Assembly (NCBI GenBank): GCA_043760135.1 | Contig: JAYUPL010000005.1 | Location: 1 to 59,193, forward strand | Origin: Candidatus Parcubacteria bacterium | GTDB taxonomy: Bacteria; Patescibacteriota; Minisyncoccia; Phycocordibacterales; CAIZLB01 | DNA length: 59,193 nt | Direction of reading: 5' to 3' | Shown: positions 35,980 to 48,221 of the stretch, one piece after another | Layout: each line of letters starts with the position of its first letter | How positions within the stretch are numbered: position 1 is the first letter of the stretch | The notes under the pieces: model-generated | The model's input: only the letters and a program-made list of their open reading frames with translations | What the model was told of the DNA's origin: nothing | Databases searched by the model: none | Program-made: the position numbers and the translations under genes

Positions 35980-36687
35980 CTACCCCCACTTCTTCGCTAA
36001 CAACCCTTTATACGCAGCCTGTGTCTCCGCCTCTTGCTTAGATTTCCCTTCCCCTGATGCAATATGTATATCCCCCAAGAAAACCCCCACAGTAAAAATC
36101 TTATTGTGATCAGGACCAGCTTCTTTTATCAAATCATATCTAGGTGTAACTCCCATATGCTCTTGTGACATTTCTTGAAACAAAGATTTTGAATCTATAA
36201 ATTGCTTATTTTCTATTACAGAATCAATAAGCACATGAACATTTTTATCGATAAATTTTTGAGCAACATCATATCCCTGATCAAGATATATCGCTCCGAT
36301 TAGTGCTTCAATCACATTTGCTAAAATATATTGTCGTGCCCGTCCTTCATCTTTAGCTTCACCTCGAGATAATAATAAGAATTCATTCAAACCCATATCC
36401 TCAGCAACTTTAGACAAAGTTACAGCATTCACAAGTGCCGATCTCAAAGCAGTCATTTCACCTTCTGGTTTTTTTGGATATTTTTTATATAAAAAGTCTG
36501 TCACCACCAATTCCAAAACAGCATCACCTAAGAATTCTAATCTTTCATTATGTTCAAGTCCTGAATTTCTATTTTCATTTAAAAATGATCTGTGTGTAAA
36601 GGCTTTTATAAGTATGTTAATATCAGCAAACTGTATATCTAACTGTTTACATAATTTATTAAATTTAGTTATATCTATTGTCGCCAT
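35980..36687 (-). CDS. rnc: ribonuclease III
   Basis: 235 aa with the ERLEFLGDAVLE signature and a C-terminal dsRBD. Confidence 0.95.
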   Translation of the reverse strand: MATIDITKFNKLCKQLDIQFADINILIKAFTHRSFLNENRNSGLEHNERLEFLGDAVLELVVTDFLYKKYPKKPEGEMTALRSALVNAVTLSKVAEDMGLNEFLLLSRGEAKDEGRARQYILANVIEALIGAIYLDQGYDVAQKFIDKNVHVLIDSVIENKQFIDSKSLFQEMSQEHMGVTPRYDLIKEAGPDHNKIFTVGVFLGDIHIASGEGKSKQEAETQAAYKGLLAKKWG

Positions 36688-36691
36688 TGTT

Positions 36692-37633
36692 TTATTTTAT
36701 ATCTTTTAAGATTTCAAACGTGTGTTTGAATACTGGAACCATATCTTCGTATAGTTTTAAATCTAGAACATTGTCTAAATCAAACCACGCCACATCTCGA
36801 ATACCACCATCTTTTTTATTTGTAAGAGGACCAAATTCAGCCTTTGCTATACAATATGTAACTTTTTTCTTCACAACTTTCAATTCTGGATGCGAAGCCA
36901 CATATTCATTAGTATCGCACACTTTTACGAATTCTGTATCTACACCAAGCTCTTCTTTCACTTTTCTAAACGAACACTGTTCTACTGTTTCTGCATCTTC
37001 TATTTTACCTTTAGCTAGAGTCCAGAAACCAAAAACATCATTCACAAGGGCAATATACATCTTTCCTTCCTTATCGTGTGTATATACAAAAGTTCCAACA
37101 ACCTGAACTACTGGTAGAGTTGCTTTTTCTTCTTCAGGCATATCGGCCCATTTTGACTTGTTTTTATTTTGGTCTTTTTTAGGAATATGTCTTTCGAGGT
37201 CTTTTTCTGTATCTCCGTATATATCTTTATATACTGAACCTAGTACTCCGTTGATAAATTTTCCTGATGTCTCACTTGAAAAAAACTTAGCAACTTCAAT
37301 CGCTTCATTAATAGCAACTTTTGAAGGAACTTCTTTTTTATCAGCAAAAATAAGTTCATATAAGCCCAAACGTAAAACGTTTCGGTCCACCATAGCAATC
37401 TTTTCAATAGGCCATTCTGGTGCAGCTTTTGTAATTATTTGATCAATCTCAATTTGTTTCTTTAAAACCCCATCCAATAGATCTTTAGCATATACCTTAT
37501 CAGCATCATCTTTATAAAATTCCTCAATATTATGATTCAAAATTTCCTCGAAATCGTTTTTATCGTTTCCTCTGAAATCCATTTCAAATAATGATTGGAG
37601 AACAACTACTCTTGATTGATGTCTGCTTGCCAT
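36692..37633 (-). CDS. nusB: NusB antitermination factor fused to a C-terminal Nudix hydrolase domain
   Basis: 313 aa. Residues 1 to about 135 are NusB-like (SRHQSRVVVLQSLFEMDF). After a Lys/Glu linker comes a Nudix box GKIEDAETVEQCSFRKVKEELGV (GX5EX7REUXEEXGU). Confidence 0.8.
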   Translation of the reverse strand: MASRHQSRVVVLQSLFEMDFRGNDKNDFEEILNHNIEEFYKDDADKVYAKDLLDGVLKKQIEIDQIITKAAPEWPIEKIAMVDRNVLRLGLYELIFADKKEVPSKVAINEAIEVAKFFSSETSGKFINGVLGSVYKDIYGDTEKDLERHIPKKDQNKNKSKWADMPEEEKATLPVVQVVGTFVYTHDKEGKMYIALVNDVFGFWTLAKGKIEDAETVEQCSFRKVKEELGVDTEFVKVCDTNEYVASHPELKVVKKKVTYCIAKAEFGPLTNKKDGGIRDVAWFDLDNVLDLKLYEDMVPVFKHTFEILKDIK

Positions 37634-37697
37634 ATGTATTTATTTTGTTATTTATATAAAGTTCTAAGATTTTGATAATATATTCAATATATACCAA

Positions 37698-37952
37698 CTA
37701 TTTTACAACTTCCTCAGGTTTACCTCCTTTTATAGCGCCTTTTACAGCTTGAGACTTAACAGCTTTTTTATCGATTTTAGAAGTCATATCAACTACCATT
37801 TTACCTTTAAAATACCCACAATTTTTACATAAAATATGTGTAGGGTTAGGTTGTCCGCAATTTGAGCAGAGTGTTAAATTGATAGCAGAAAGAGCATGAT
37901 GAGATCGACGATTTCGAGTATGCCCTCTTGTATGACGCATGTGGTTTACCAT
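37698..37952 (-). CDS. rpmF: 50S ribosomal protein L32 with extended C-terminus
   Basis: Start set at MVNHMRHTRGHTRNRRSHHAL. Zinc-ribbon CSNCG...CKNCG. The ORF in the track extends to 38000. Confidence 0.85.
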   Translation of the reverse strand: MVNHMRHTRGHTRNRRSHHALSAINLTLCSNCGQPNPTHILCKNCGYFKGKMVVDMTSKIDKKAVKSQAVKGAIKGGKPEEVVK

Positions 37953-38191
37953 AATGCTAATAAGTATACGTATTTTTCTATAAAATGCAAGATGAGGCAC
38001 AAGGTGCGAATTACGGTCAATCTGACCACACGTTTACCATCTTCGTCAATTGGCGAATATTGTTTTCAACTAATTGAAAAATGTTCTATTATATTTATAT
38101 ATAGGTAAATTCATTTAACCATTATATCATATATGTCAAATTGACCATTTAATATAGTATAATTCAACCTATATGTTTAAAATATTTAGGA

Positions 38192-38197
38192 TATAAT
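38192..38197 (+). promoter_or_regulatory. -10 hexamer TATAAT 6 nt upstream of the dnaE ATG
   Basis: The + strand reads TATAAT-AAAGAC-ATG with no Shine-Dalgarno sequence. Confidence 0.4.
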
Positions 38198-38203
38198 AAA
38201 GAC

Positions 38204-41200
38204 ATGGAATTCACTCATTTACACACCCATAGTAGTTACAGTTTACTTCAGGCTGTTCCTAAGATCCCCGACTTACTCCAAAAAGCCAAGCAATATGGAA
38301 TGAAAGCACTCGCTCTGACTGATAATGGTAATATGTATGGAACTATTGAGTTCTATCAAGAGTGTTTAAAGAAAGAAATCAAGCCCATCATCGGGGTGGA
38401 CTTTTATGTAGCAAGTCGTACTCGTCACGATCGCGAAGGTAGACTTGATGCCAAAACTACCAGACTTGTTTTATTGGCAAAAAATTATGATGGGTACATG
38501 AATCTCATAAAGTTAGTCACTGAATCTAATCTAGAAGGTTTCTATTATCGCCCTCGTATCGATACAGAGCTCATTCAAAAGCATAACAAAGATTTGATCT
38601 GTATAATTCCATTTGATAGTAGTGAGATTTCAAACAACCTAAAGATTAATGACTTTGAAGTAGCTGACAAGATTTATGAAAATCTAAAATCAGCCTACGG
38701 ACAAGATGATGTATATTATGAATTATTAAAACAAGAAGATATTTCAGGATCGCAAGAATTGGAAGAGAAAATAATTACATTTTGTCAAAGACACAATATT
38801 CAACTGGTCGCATCAAACAACGTACTTTACATTGAACCTGAAGATAAGAAAGCTCGTTTAACAATGCTTTCAATCCAAAGTAATAATCCTGATCGAAACA
38901 TAACTGATGATGGTGATTTTTCTTTTCTCTCTCCTGAACGTGCACTTGAATTATTTACAAGTGAAAACAAAGAGCGGGACATCATCTACAAACAAGCTCT
39001 GGCCAATACCCAAGTTATTGCTGATAAAACAAGTTTTGAAATCGAGCTTGGAAAATGGGTATTTCCTAAAATGGAATTACCTGAAGGAAAAAATGCGGAC
39101 CAATGTTTACGCGAAGTGGTATACGAAGGATTTGCAAAAAGAAATGTAGAGCAAGATGAAATCACTTTAAAAAGAGTTGAATATGAGTTGGAAGTTATTA
39201 AAAATAAAGGATACTCACCCTACTTTTTGATCGTGGCAGATTTATTGAAATATGCTAAAGAGCATGAGATTCTATCCAACATTCGTGGATCTGTTTGCGG
39301 ATCGATGGTGACCTATCTTTCTGGGATTACTCACATCAACCCTATCGAGTATCAGATTCCTTTTGAACGTTTCTTAAACCCTGAGCGCCCTTCCGCTCCC
39401 GACATCGATATGGACTACGCCGATGACAGGCGAGCTGAGATGGTAGACTATGCCAGATTTAAATATGGAAAAGATAAAGTGGCACAGATCGGAACATTCG
39501 GAACTATGGCTGCCAAAGGATCTGTGAAAGATGTAGCCCGCGCACTCGGCTATCCGTATGAACTTGGTGATCGCATATCAAAACTTATCCCTCTTGGATC
39601 ACAAGGTTTTTTAATGACTATAAAACATGCTCTGGAGATAACAGATGAGCTCCGTGAGTTGTATGAAAAAAATCCTGATGTAAAAACAATTATAGACATG
39701 GCACAAAAAGTTGAAGGTTGTGCTCGTCATATCTCCGTGCACGCGGCCGGTGTGGTTATTTCCCCTACTGAGTTAACTGATTTTACTCCCCTTCAATACG
39801 ATACTAAAGGTGAAAATAAAATCATCAGTCAATACGACATGTACTCTGTTGAAGAAGCCGGTCTTTTGAAGTTCGACTTTCTTGGATTAAAAAACTTAAA
39901 GATTATTGCAGAATGTAAACAGCTTATTCGACGTCTCTATGAAAAAGAAATTGATATTGATAACATGGCGGTAGATGATGAAAAAACTTTTCAGATGTTG
40001 GCTCGTGGTGAGACTGTTGATCTCTTCCAGTTAAACGGTGAAGGTATGACAAAATATTTAGTTGATCTGAAACCAACAACGATTCACGATATTAATGCGA
40101 TGGTGGCTTTGTATCGTCCGGGCCCTATTCAATTCATTCCTCTATATATCGAACGTAAACACAATCCATCTCTTATCACATACATGGACCCGATGCTTGA
40201 AGATATTCTAGAAAAGACATATGGAGTTTTAGTATATCAAGATGACCTTCTGATGATGGCCCACAAGATTGCAGGTTACTCTTGGGGAGAGGTTGATAAA
40301 TTCCGTAAGGCGGTGGGTAAAAAGATTCCAGAAGAAATGGCGAAGCAAAAAGAAAAGTTTATTGATGGATGTGTGTCTCATGGCGGTTGGTCAAAACAAA
40401 AAGCAACTGATGTGTGGAAATGGATCGAACCTTTCGCTGCTTATGGGTTTAACAAATCTCACTCGGTGTCTTATGGTCGTGTGGCATATATCACTGCATA
40501 CCTGAAAGCTAACTACCCGGCTGAATACATGGCGTCAGTTCTTACATCTGAATCAGGAGATGTTGATTCTATCTCCGTCTCTGTTAAAGAATGTTTGAGA
40601 ATGAACATTGAAGTACTGGCACCGAATGTAAATAGTAGTTTTGGTAACTTTACTGTTTTGAAAGGTCACAATGATGGACAAGATGCAATCTCCTTTGGAC
40701 TCTACAGTATTAAAAACTTTGGTGAAGGTATTGGTGACTCGATTATCAAAGAAAGAAAAGATCATGGAATTTATACAAGTATTGAAAATTTATTGGAGAG
40801 AATCACTGATAAAAATTTAAATAAAAAATCTCTTGAGGCGCTAATCAAATCAGGGGCGATGGATGACTTTGGTGATCGTATAGATCTTTTAGAAAATCTT
40901 GACAGATACCTTGACTACAACAAGACAACAACAAAGCAAGATAAATCTCAAGGAAACATGTTTGATATGTTATTTGGACAAGTGGAAGTGGAAACATTAA
41001 AAGAAAAAGTTGAGCAACGAAAAGAATCCCTTCCTCAACGGTTATTGTGGGAAAAAGAATTGTTGGGAATTTATTTGTCAGGCCACCCATTGGATAAATA
41101 CAAAGAAGCCTGGGCAAAGCGACCTGTTAACATCGCTAAGATTTTAGAAGTTGCTGTTGCAGACCAAGGATATTCAGACATACTAGGAATCATTGAAGGG

Positions 41201-41424
41201 ACCAAGGAGATAGCAACAAAAAAAGATGCGACGAAGAAAATGATTTTCTTTAAACTTAAGGATTTATCTGCCGAGATTGAGTGTGTGGTATTTCCAAAAC
41301 AATTTGAAGAATTGAAACATAAAGTGGCTGATGAATTTGTAGTGTTGATAAAAGGAAAAATTTCTATTAGAGAGGAAAAGAAAAGTATTATTGTGGAGAG
41401 TATTAAGGTTTCGAAGAGCGGGGT

Positions 41425-41428
<4 letters not shown>
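38204..41428 (+). CDS. dnaE: DNA polymerase III alpha subunit
   Basis: 1074 aa with a PHP domain (FTHLHTHSSYSLLQA), the polymerase core (PDIDMDY) and a C-terminal OB fold. Confidence 0.95.
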
Positions 41429-43366
<1,938 letters not shown>

Positions 43367-43969
43367 TTAATCAGGAGGTGCAGTAAACCCAATCTGATTT
43401 CGAGGCTCATCATTTTCCTTCATCAACAAACGAATAAATTTATAAATCTCATTAAAATTTAGATCATTGTTTCTTTCCATTTCTTCTATCTTTTCCCTTA
43501 ATTCTTTATAGGTATCGATCATTTCCCTCAATTTGGTAAATATTCGTATTATTTGAATGTTTACAGATATTGCCTTATCACTTTTAAGAACACTTGAAAG
43601 CATGGCTATGCCTTGTTCAGTGAAGACGTTTGATTGATATTTTTTATGCTCTCCCCATCTTAAGGTCACAAATTGTGACCTTAAGATGACATTTTTATCC
43701 TTATCTTTCAACGTTTTCTGGTTTGCGGTCACAAATTGTGACCGCAAAAATAGCTCAGACTCTGTTTTATTCAATTGAAACATGAAATCTTCTGGAAATC
43801 GTTTTATATTTCTTTTAACCGCTTGATTCAAAGCCTTCGTGGTAACACCATATAACATAGCCAAATCCTTATCAAACATGACTTTTCTTCCCCTTATGAT
43901 GTAAATCTTTTCTCTAATTATTCCAATATTTATATCTTCGTTATTTTCTGTAATTTCTTGTTTTGTCAT
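43367..43969 (-). CDS. ORF6N-domain protein
   Basis: 200 aa with IRGRKVMFDKDLAMLYGV.TKALNQAVKRN..RFPEDFMFQL and FTEQGIAMLSSVLKS motifs. The LRSQFVT segment is duplicated. Confidence 0.8.
   Translation of the reverse strand: MTKQEITENNEDINIGIIREKIYIIRGRKVMFDKDLAMLYGVTTKALNQAVKRNIKRFPEDFMFQLNKTESELFLRSQFVTANQKTLKDKDKNVILRSQFVTLRWGEHKKYQSNVFTEQGIAMLSSVLKSDKAISVNIQIIRIFTKLREMIDTYKELREKIEEMERNNDLNFNEIYKFIRLLMKENDEPRNQIGFTAPPD
43659..43745. repeat. two copies of a GGTCACA-AAT-TGTGACC palindrome inside the ORF6N gene
   Basis: 43659-43685 has 12-bp arms and 43725-43745 has 9-bp arms. Each encodes LRSQFVT. Confidence 0.85.
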
Positions 43970-44014
43970 CTAACCATACTATCAAAACACATATCAAGAA
44001 AAACAAAAGATCTT

Positions 44015-44248
44015 CTAAAGCTCCTCCAAAACTTTCCGAATCTCCTCTACATCAGTGTCAGCATATACCGCACCATCAATCACCACTGTCGGTACTTTAA
44101 GTTGTCCTGACAGTTCTATCATCTCATCCATGTAATCTGTATTTTCCATTACGTTTTTTTCGATATAATCAATATCACTTGCATCCAAAAATTCTTTTAG
44201 CTCTTTACCCCAGTCACAGTTTGGTTTTGTGTACACAATTATTTTCAT
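44015..44248 (-). CDS. glutaredoxin-like small thioredoxin-fold protein (single Cys: CDWG)
   Basis: 77 aa with MKIIVYTKPNCDWGKELKEFL...VPTVVIDG. Confidence 0.65.
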   Translation of the reverse strand: MKIIVYTKPNCDWGKELKEFLDASDIDYIEKNVMENTDYMDEMIELSGQLKVPTVVIDGAVYADTDVEEIRKVLEEL

Positions 44249-44270
44249 TTCTCCATTATACTATTTTTGC

Positions 44271-44306
44271 AAAACAAAAAACCTAGGGGTTTAAGCCTAG
44301 GTTTTT
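44271..44306 (-). terminator. bidirectional-looking terminator hairpin
   Basis: A-tract, then ACCTAGG-GGTTTAAG-CCTAGGT, then T-tract. Confidence 0.7.
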
Positions 44307-44323
44307 ATGTTATTTAAAAACTA

Positions 44324-45451
44324 TTACAAACCTGCATTTAAAGTAGCTCTCGTCATCGGGCCAAAGTACCCATCAGCTGGTGAAATATTAACTGATAATT
44401 GATATTTTGCTAAAGCTACCTTTGTATTCTCATCGAAAACATCACCAGTTGATAAAGGTCCAAAACCTTTTGTTGCAAGTATTTGTTTTAGTTGCAAAAC
44501 ATCCGCTCCAATATCACCAACACCCAAGTTTCGGGTAAACAATCCTGTTGTGCTTGAACTTGTTTCTTTATATATAGTTATAACACCTGTATCATATAAA
44601 CTAAAATCTAATGCAGTGTATGTTGTTGAGGGTTTAACAGAAGTACCAAATGTTGTGTAATTTATACTATATATAGAAGCTTTGACATTATTTCCACCAG
44701 CCGGAAATAATGATATTGGAAATGTGGTTTCAATAGCAAATGGTCTTGTATTACCATCTTGATAAAAAATTAAACCTGGTTCTAGTGATGAGGCAGTAAC
44801 TGTTTTTTCAGTTAAAACTTTACCAGTTGCAACATCTTTAAGCACAACAACAGCACTTGTTCCTGATGCATATATATCAGAGCCATTTGCCTGTATATTT
44901 AAAATAAAACGAACATTAACACCCATGTCAACATTATTATTTTTTACAGTTGATATATTTGAAGATACTTTTGAAAACACAGCAGGGCCAGGATTATTCA
45001 CTAGTGTAGTAGGTGTAGCAGTAACTATTTTAAACACAGAACTTTCACCACCTTTTGGACCGCCAAATACAATCTTATAATTTCCTGGAGTAAAATCTAA
45101 TGGTATATTCCATACAAATAGTCTATTAAATAGAGAATATTTTGCAGTTCCGATTTCTATAGGTTTTTTGGCTGTGTCATCAACATTAACAACCGTAACA
45201 GGATATTTGAGGTTCAAATTCAAACTCAAACTATTCCATCTAATATTCACTTTTTCACCTTGTGCTAATATCGAATCAGCTTTTGGAAAAGTAACAGTGA
45301 ATGATTTCTTTTCATTTTTTCCTTCTTTTTTATCTTGTCCATATGCGATAGGTGTTCCCTCTGTCACCTTTTCTTTCATATAATTCTTAGAAAAATAAAT
45401 TCCACCCCCGATTACACCGATGAGTAGAATTATTGATAATATTTTTGTCAT
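44324..45451 (-). CDS. membrane-anchored protein with C-terminal peptidoglycan-binding domain
   Basis: 375 aa with an N-terminal TM helix, beta-rich middle, and C-terminal ADVLQLKQILATKGF...GYFGPMTRATL. Confidence 0.7.
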   Translation of the reverse strand: MTKILSIILLIGVIGGGIYFSKNYMKEKVTEGTPIAYGQDKKEGKNEKKSFTVTFPKADSILAQGEKVNIRWNSLSLNLNLKYPVTVVNVDDTAKKPIEIGTAKYSLFNRLFVWNIPLDFTPGNYKIVFGGPKGGESSVFKIVTATPTTLVNNPGPAVFSKVSSNISTVKNNNVDMGVNVRFILNIQANGSDIYASGTSAVVVLKDVATGKVLTEKTVTASSLEPGLIFYQDGNTRPFAIETTFPISLFPAGGNNVKASIYSINYTTFGTSVKPSTTYTALDFSLYDTGVITIYKETSSSTTGLFTRNLGVGDIGADVLQLKQILATKGFGPLSTGDVFDENTKVALAKYQLSVNISPADGYFGPMTRATLNAGL

Positions 45452-45500
45452 GTTTATTTATGTTTTTATTTATTAATTAATGTCTTAATAATATCACCAA

Positions 45501-45540
45501 AGACAAAACAAAAATACAACCAATTTTTCAACTGGTTGTA
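45501..45540 (-). terminator. rho-independent terminator after rplI
   Basis: The minus strand reads TACAACCA-loop-TGGTTGTA followed by TTTTTGTTTTGT. Confidence 0.75.
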
Positions 45541-45557
45541 TTTTGTGCATAAGTTAC

Positions 45558-45983
45558 TTACTCCGCCACCACACTCACCTTCACCACCTTCTCAATATCT
45601 CTCACCTTTAGAGTAATCTCATGTTCACCAACTTCTTTGATGTTTTTATCTGAAGAGATGAAATGTGAATCAACGTTTAACAAATCTGCAAGTTGTTCTT
45701 TATGCAAAGCTGCAAACAAGTGACCTTGATCGTTTGCTTTAGCTTTGATTTCATACACCTTTGAAGTGATTGTATCAAGATTTTTTATAACTTCTTCTTC
45801 TTTCATCTTTCTGTTTTCACCTTCTGCCTCTTTTAACTTGGCATATTTCAAAACAACAGAGTCATTTGCATATTCTGCGAATTTCTTAGGAATAAGGTTA
45901 TTTAATGCAAAACCATCAGCTACTGTTACAGCGTCATATTTTTTGCCGATACCGTGTATATCTTTAAGTAAAACTATTTTCAT
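45558..45983 (-). CDS. rplI: 50S ribosomal protein L9
   Basis: 141 aa with MKIVLLKDIHGIGKKYDAVTVADGFALNNLIPKKFA. Confidence 0.9.
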   Translation of the reverse strand: MKIVLLKDIHGIGKKYDAVTVADGFALNNLIPKKFAEYANDSVVLKYAKLKEAEGENRKMKEEEVIKNLDTITSKVYEIKAKANDQGHLFAALHKEQLADLLNVDSHFISSDKNIKEVGEHEITLKVRDIEKVVKVSVVAE

Positions 45984-46001
45984 ATAAGTATAGAGTATAC
46001 A

Positions 46002-47249
46002 CTATTTATTCAAGAATTCAACTGCTTTTAGGTATTGGTTGTCTGTTCTATTTTTTATCTGGGTTATTGTTGTCGATGTGGCTTTTGGAACCAGGATGTC
46101 CGGCGTTAGACCAGAGACTGATATAGAATTACCATTTGGCGTCAACCATCGAGCAATGGTAACTTTTAAGCCAGTCTTTGAGGTTATCTTTATATACTCC
46201 TGCACTGAACCTTTACCAAAACTCTTCTCCCCAATCAATGTTGCCAACTTATAGTCCTGTAGTGCCCCCGCAACGATCTCTGAAGCTGAAGCTGACCCTC
46301 CGTCGATAAGTACAACCACTTTAACTTTTTTATTTGCCAATAATGGATACCCTGTACTCCTTAGATTTTCCACAGGCTTCTTTTCTCCATAATCTTGACT
46401 CACCACCACTTTTCCTTGTGATACAAAATAACTTGATATGTCCACAGCTGACTCAAGGTATCCACCAGGGTTACCACGGAGGTCGATAATAAGTTTATCT
46501 GAATTTGTTGAGATAAATTCAGTCATCGCTTGTTTAAAGAGTGTACTTACTTGTTCTGAGAACGAATATATCTTTACAGTATAAATACCTGTTTTTTTAT
46601 CATACACTTTGTCGAGCGTTGGAAGCTGAATTGTATCTCTCATAATTTTGAAATCTAACGGCTTATCAACCCCTTCTCTATATACTTGCAATACAACTTC
46701 TGTTCCCTTAGGTCCTCTGATGATCTTTACAGCTTCATCAACTGTCATATCAACTGTAGTTTGGCCGTTTATTTTTATAATCCTATCTCCAGTTTTAAGA
46801 CCAGCTTTTTCTGAAGGACTACCCGTAAGTGGTGCAATAACTGTTATGACACCGTCTTTTTTTCCAACCTCCATTCCTATACCTTCGAAACTACCTTTTA
46901 TCTCAGTCTCAAAACTCTTAGCTTCTTGAGGTGTAAAAAAAGTTGTGTATGGATCTTGTTCTGACTCAACCATACCTTTTATAGCACCGTATAAACGTCT
47001 TTCTTCTTTTGATAAATTGTCGAACTCTGTAGGTGTGGTGGTTGAAATCTCATTTCCCAGTTTATCTTTATGTTGAGTAGTTACAAACTCTTGATCCAAT
47101 ATGTCCCATACTTTCCAAAAAGTTTTTATATCAATCTTTGTGTTACTGTTCTGAGCATAGTGAGAACCCATATTTCCAATAAAAAATCCAGCAGCAAAAA
47201 TTATCACTACAATTAATAATTTCAGTGGCTTATTTTCCTTTAGATTCAT
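46002..47249 (-). CDS. ctpA: S41-family carboxy-terminal processing protease
   Basis: 415 aa with a TM anchor, a PDZ domain (GLKTGDRIIKING) and the DLRGNPGG / GGSASASEI catalytic region. Confidence 0.9.
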   Translation of the reverse strand: MNLKENKPLKLLIVVIIFAAGFFIGNMGSHYAQNSNTKIDIKTFWKVWDILDQEFVTTQHKDKLGNEISTTTPTEFDNLSKEERRLYGAIKGMVESEQDPYTTFFTPQEAKSFETEIKGSFEGIGMEVGKKDGVITVIAPLTGSPSEKAGLKTGDRIIKINGQTTVDMTVDEAVKIIRGPKGTEVVLQVYREGVDKPLDFKIMRDTIQLPTLDKVYDKKTGIYTVKIYSFSEQVSTLFKQAMTEFISTNSDKLIIDLRGNPGGYLESAVDISSYFVSQGKVVVSQDYGEKKPVENLRSTGYPLLANKKVKVVVLIDGGSASASEIVAGALQDYKLATLIGEKSFGKGSVQEYIKITSKTGLKVTIARWLTPNGNSISVSGLTPDILVPKATSTTITQIKNRTDNQYLKAVEFLNK

Positions 47250-47284
47250 AAAAATATTTTACCTCATAAATTCAATATCGCGTA

Positions 47285-47312
47285 TTGTAGCTTTTATTAA
47301 ATGTGTTATAAT
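47285..47312 (+). promoter_or_regulatory. infC operon promoter TTGTAG-16-(TG)TTATAAT
   Basis: The -10 (47307-47312) overlaps the first ATG of the ORF track (47311), so that ATG is unlikely to be the start. Confidence 0.55.
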
Positions 47313-47367
47313 GATAATTACACACATTAAACAAAACCAACTAACTACAAACTTAAATATAAACAAC

Positions 47368-47892
47368 TTGGCTCAGAACAACAGTAACAGAATTAACATT
47401 AATCATTATATTAAAGCTCGCGAATTGAGGGTAATAGATCAAGATGGGAACAATATAGGTGTTATACCAAATGAAGAGGCACAAAGGATGGCCAGAGACG
47501 CCGGACTCGACCTAATCGAGATATCAGCTTCAGCCATTCCTCCTATTGCAAAAATCATGGATTATGGTAAATTTCAATATGACGAAAACAAAAAACAGAA
47601 AGCCTCTAAGGCCACTGTTAAAACTGTTGAAATCAAGAGTATTCAAGTTAAGATCGGTACAGGAGAAAACGATCTAAACATGAAGGCCCGTAGAGCATCA
47701 GAATGGCTCGACGAAGGTCATCAAGTTAAGGCCGAATTGTTCGTATCAGGTAGATCGAAGTTTTTACCGGAAGAGTTCCTAAACGCTCGACTACAAAAAT
47801 TTCTTAACTTAATATCTGTCGACTATAAGATTGCAGTAGCGATCAAACGTGGACCGAAAGGACCCGTTATAGTGATAGAAAAGAAAAAATAA
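47368..47892 (+). CDS. infC: translation initiation factor IF-3 (non-AUG start likely; TTG 47368 proposed, ORF opens at 47311)
   Basis: NRININHYIKARELRVIDQDGNNIGVI matches the IF-3 N-domain, and a C-domain is present. Confidence 0.85.
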   Translation: MAQNNSNRININHYIKARELRVIDQDGNNIGVIPNEEAQRMARDAGLDLIEISASAIPPIAKIMDYGKFQYDENKKQKASKATVKTVEIKSIQVKIGTGENDLNMKARRASEWLDEGHQVKAELFVSGRSKFLPEEFLNARLQKFLNLISVDYKIAVAIKRGPKGPVIVIEKKK

Positions 47893-47987
47893 TAATGTCG
47901 ACAAGGCACTCAAAGATCGGAACGTATGTTCCCCGCCTCGAGACCATTATTAATATATAATTATTAATAATTTTTAAAAATAAAAAT

Positions 47988-48182
47988 ATGGCTATAAAAT
48001 CAAATAAATCATTTTCTAAACGATTAAAGGTTAGTAAAAATGGAAAAATCAAAGCGAGAGTTACAGGTCAAAACCACTTCAACGCAAAAAACACAGGTCG
48101 ACAACGAATTGCTAAAAAAAGAATGGTTGATTTTCACATGTCAAACAAAGACAAGAGAAGATTCCTTGTTAACATTGCATAA
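47988..48182 (+). CDS. rpmI: 50S ribosomal protein L35
   Basis: 64-aa basic protein in the infC-rpmI-rplT order. Confidence 0.9.
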   Translation: MAIKSNKSFSKRLKVSKNGKIKARVTGQNHFNAKNTGRQRIAKKRMVDFHMSNKDKRRFLVNIA

Positions 48183-48221
48183 TCTATTACTTACTAATTT
48201 TAAATCAAATAATACAAATAT

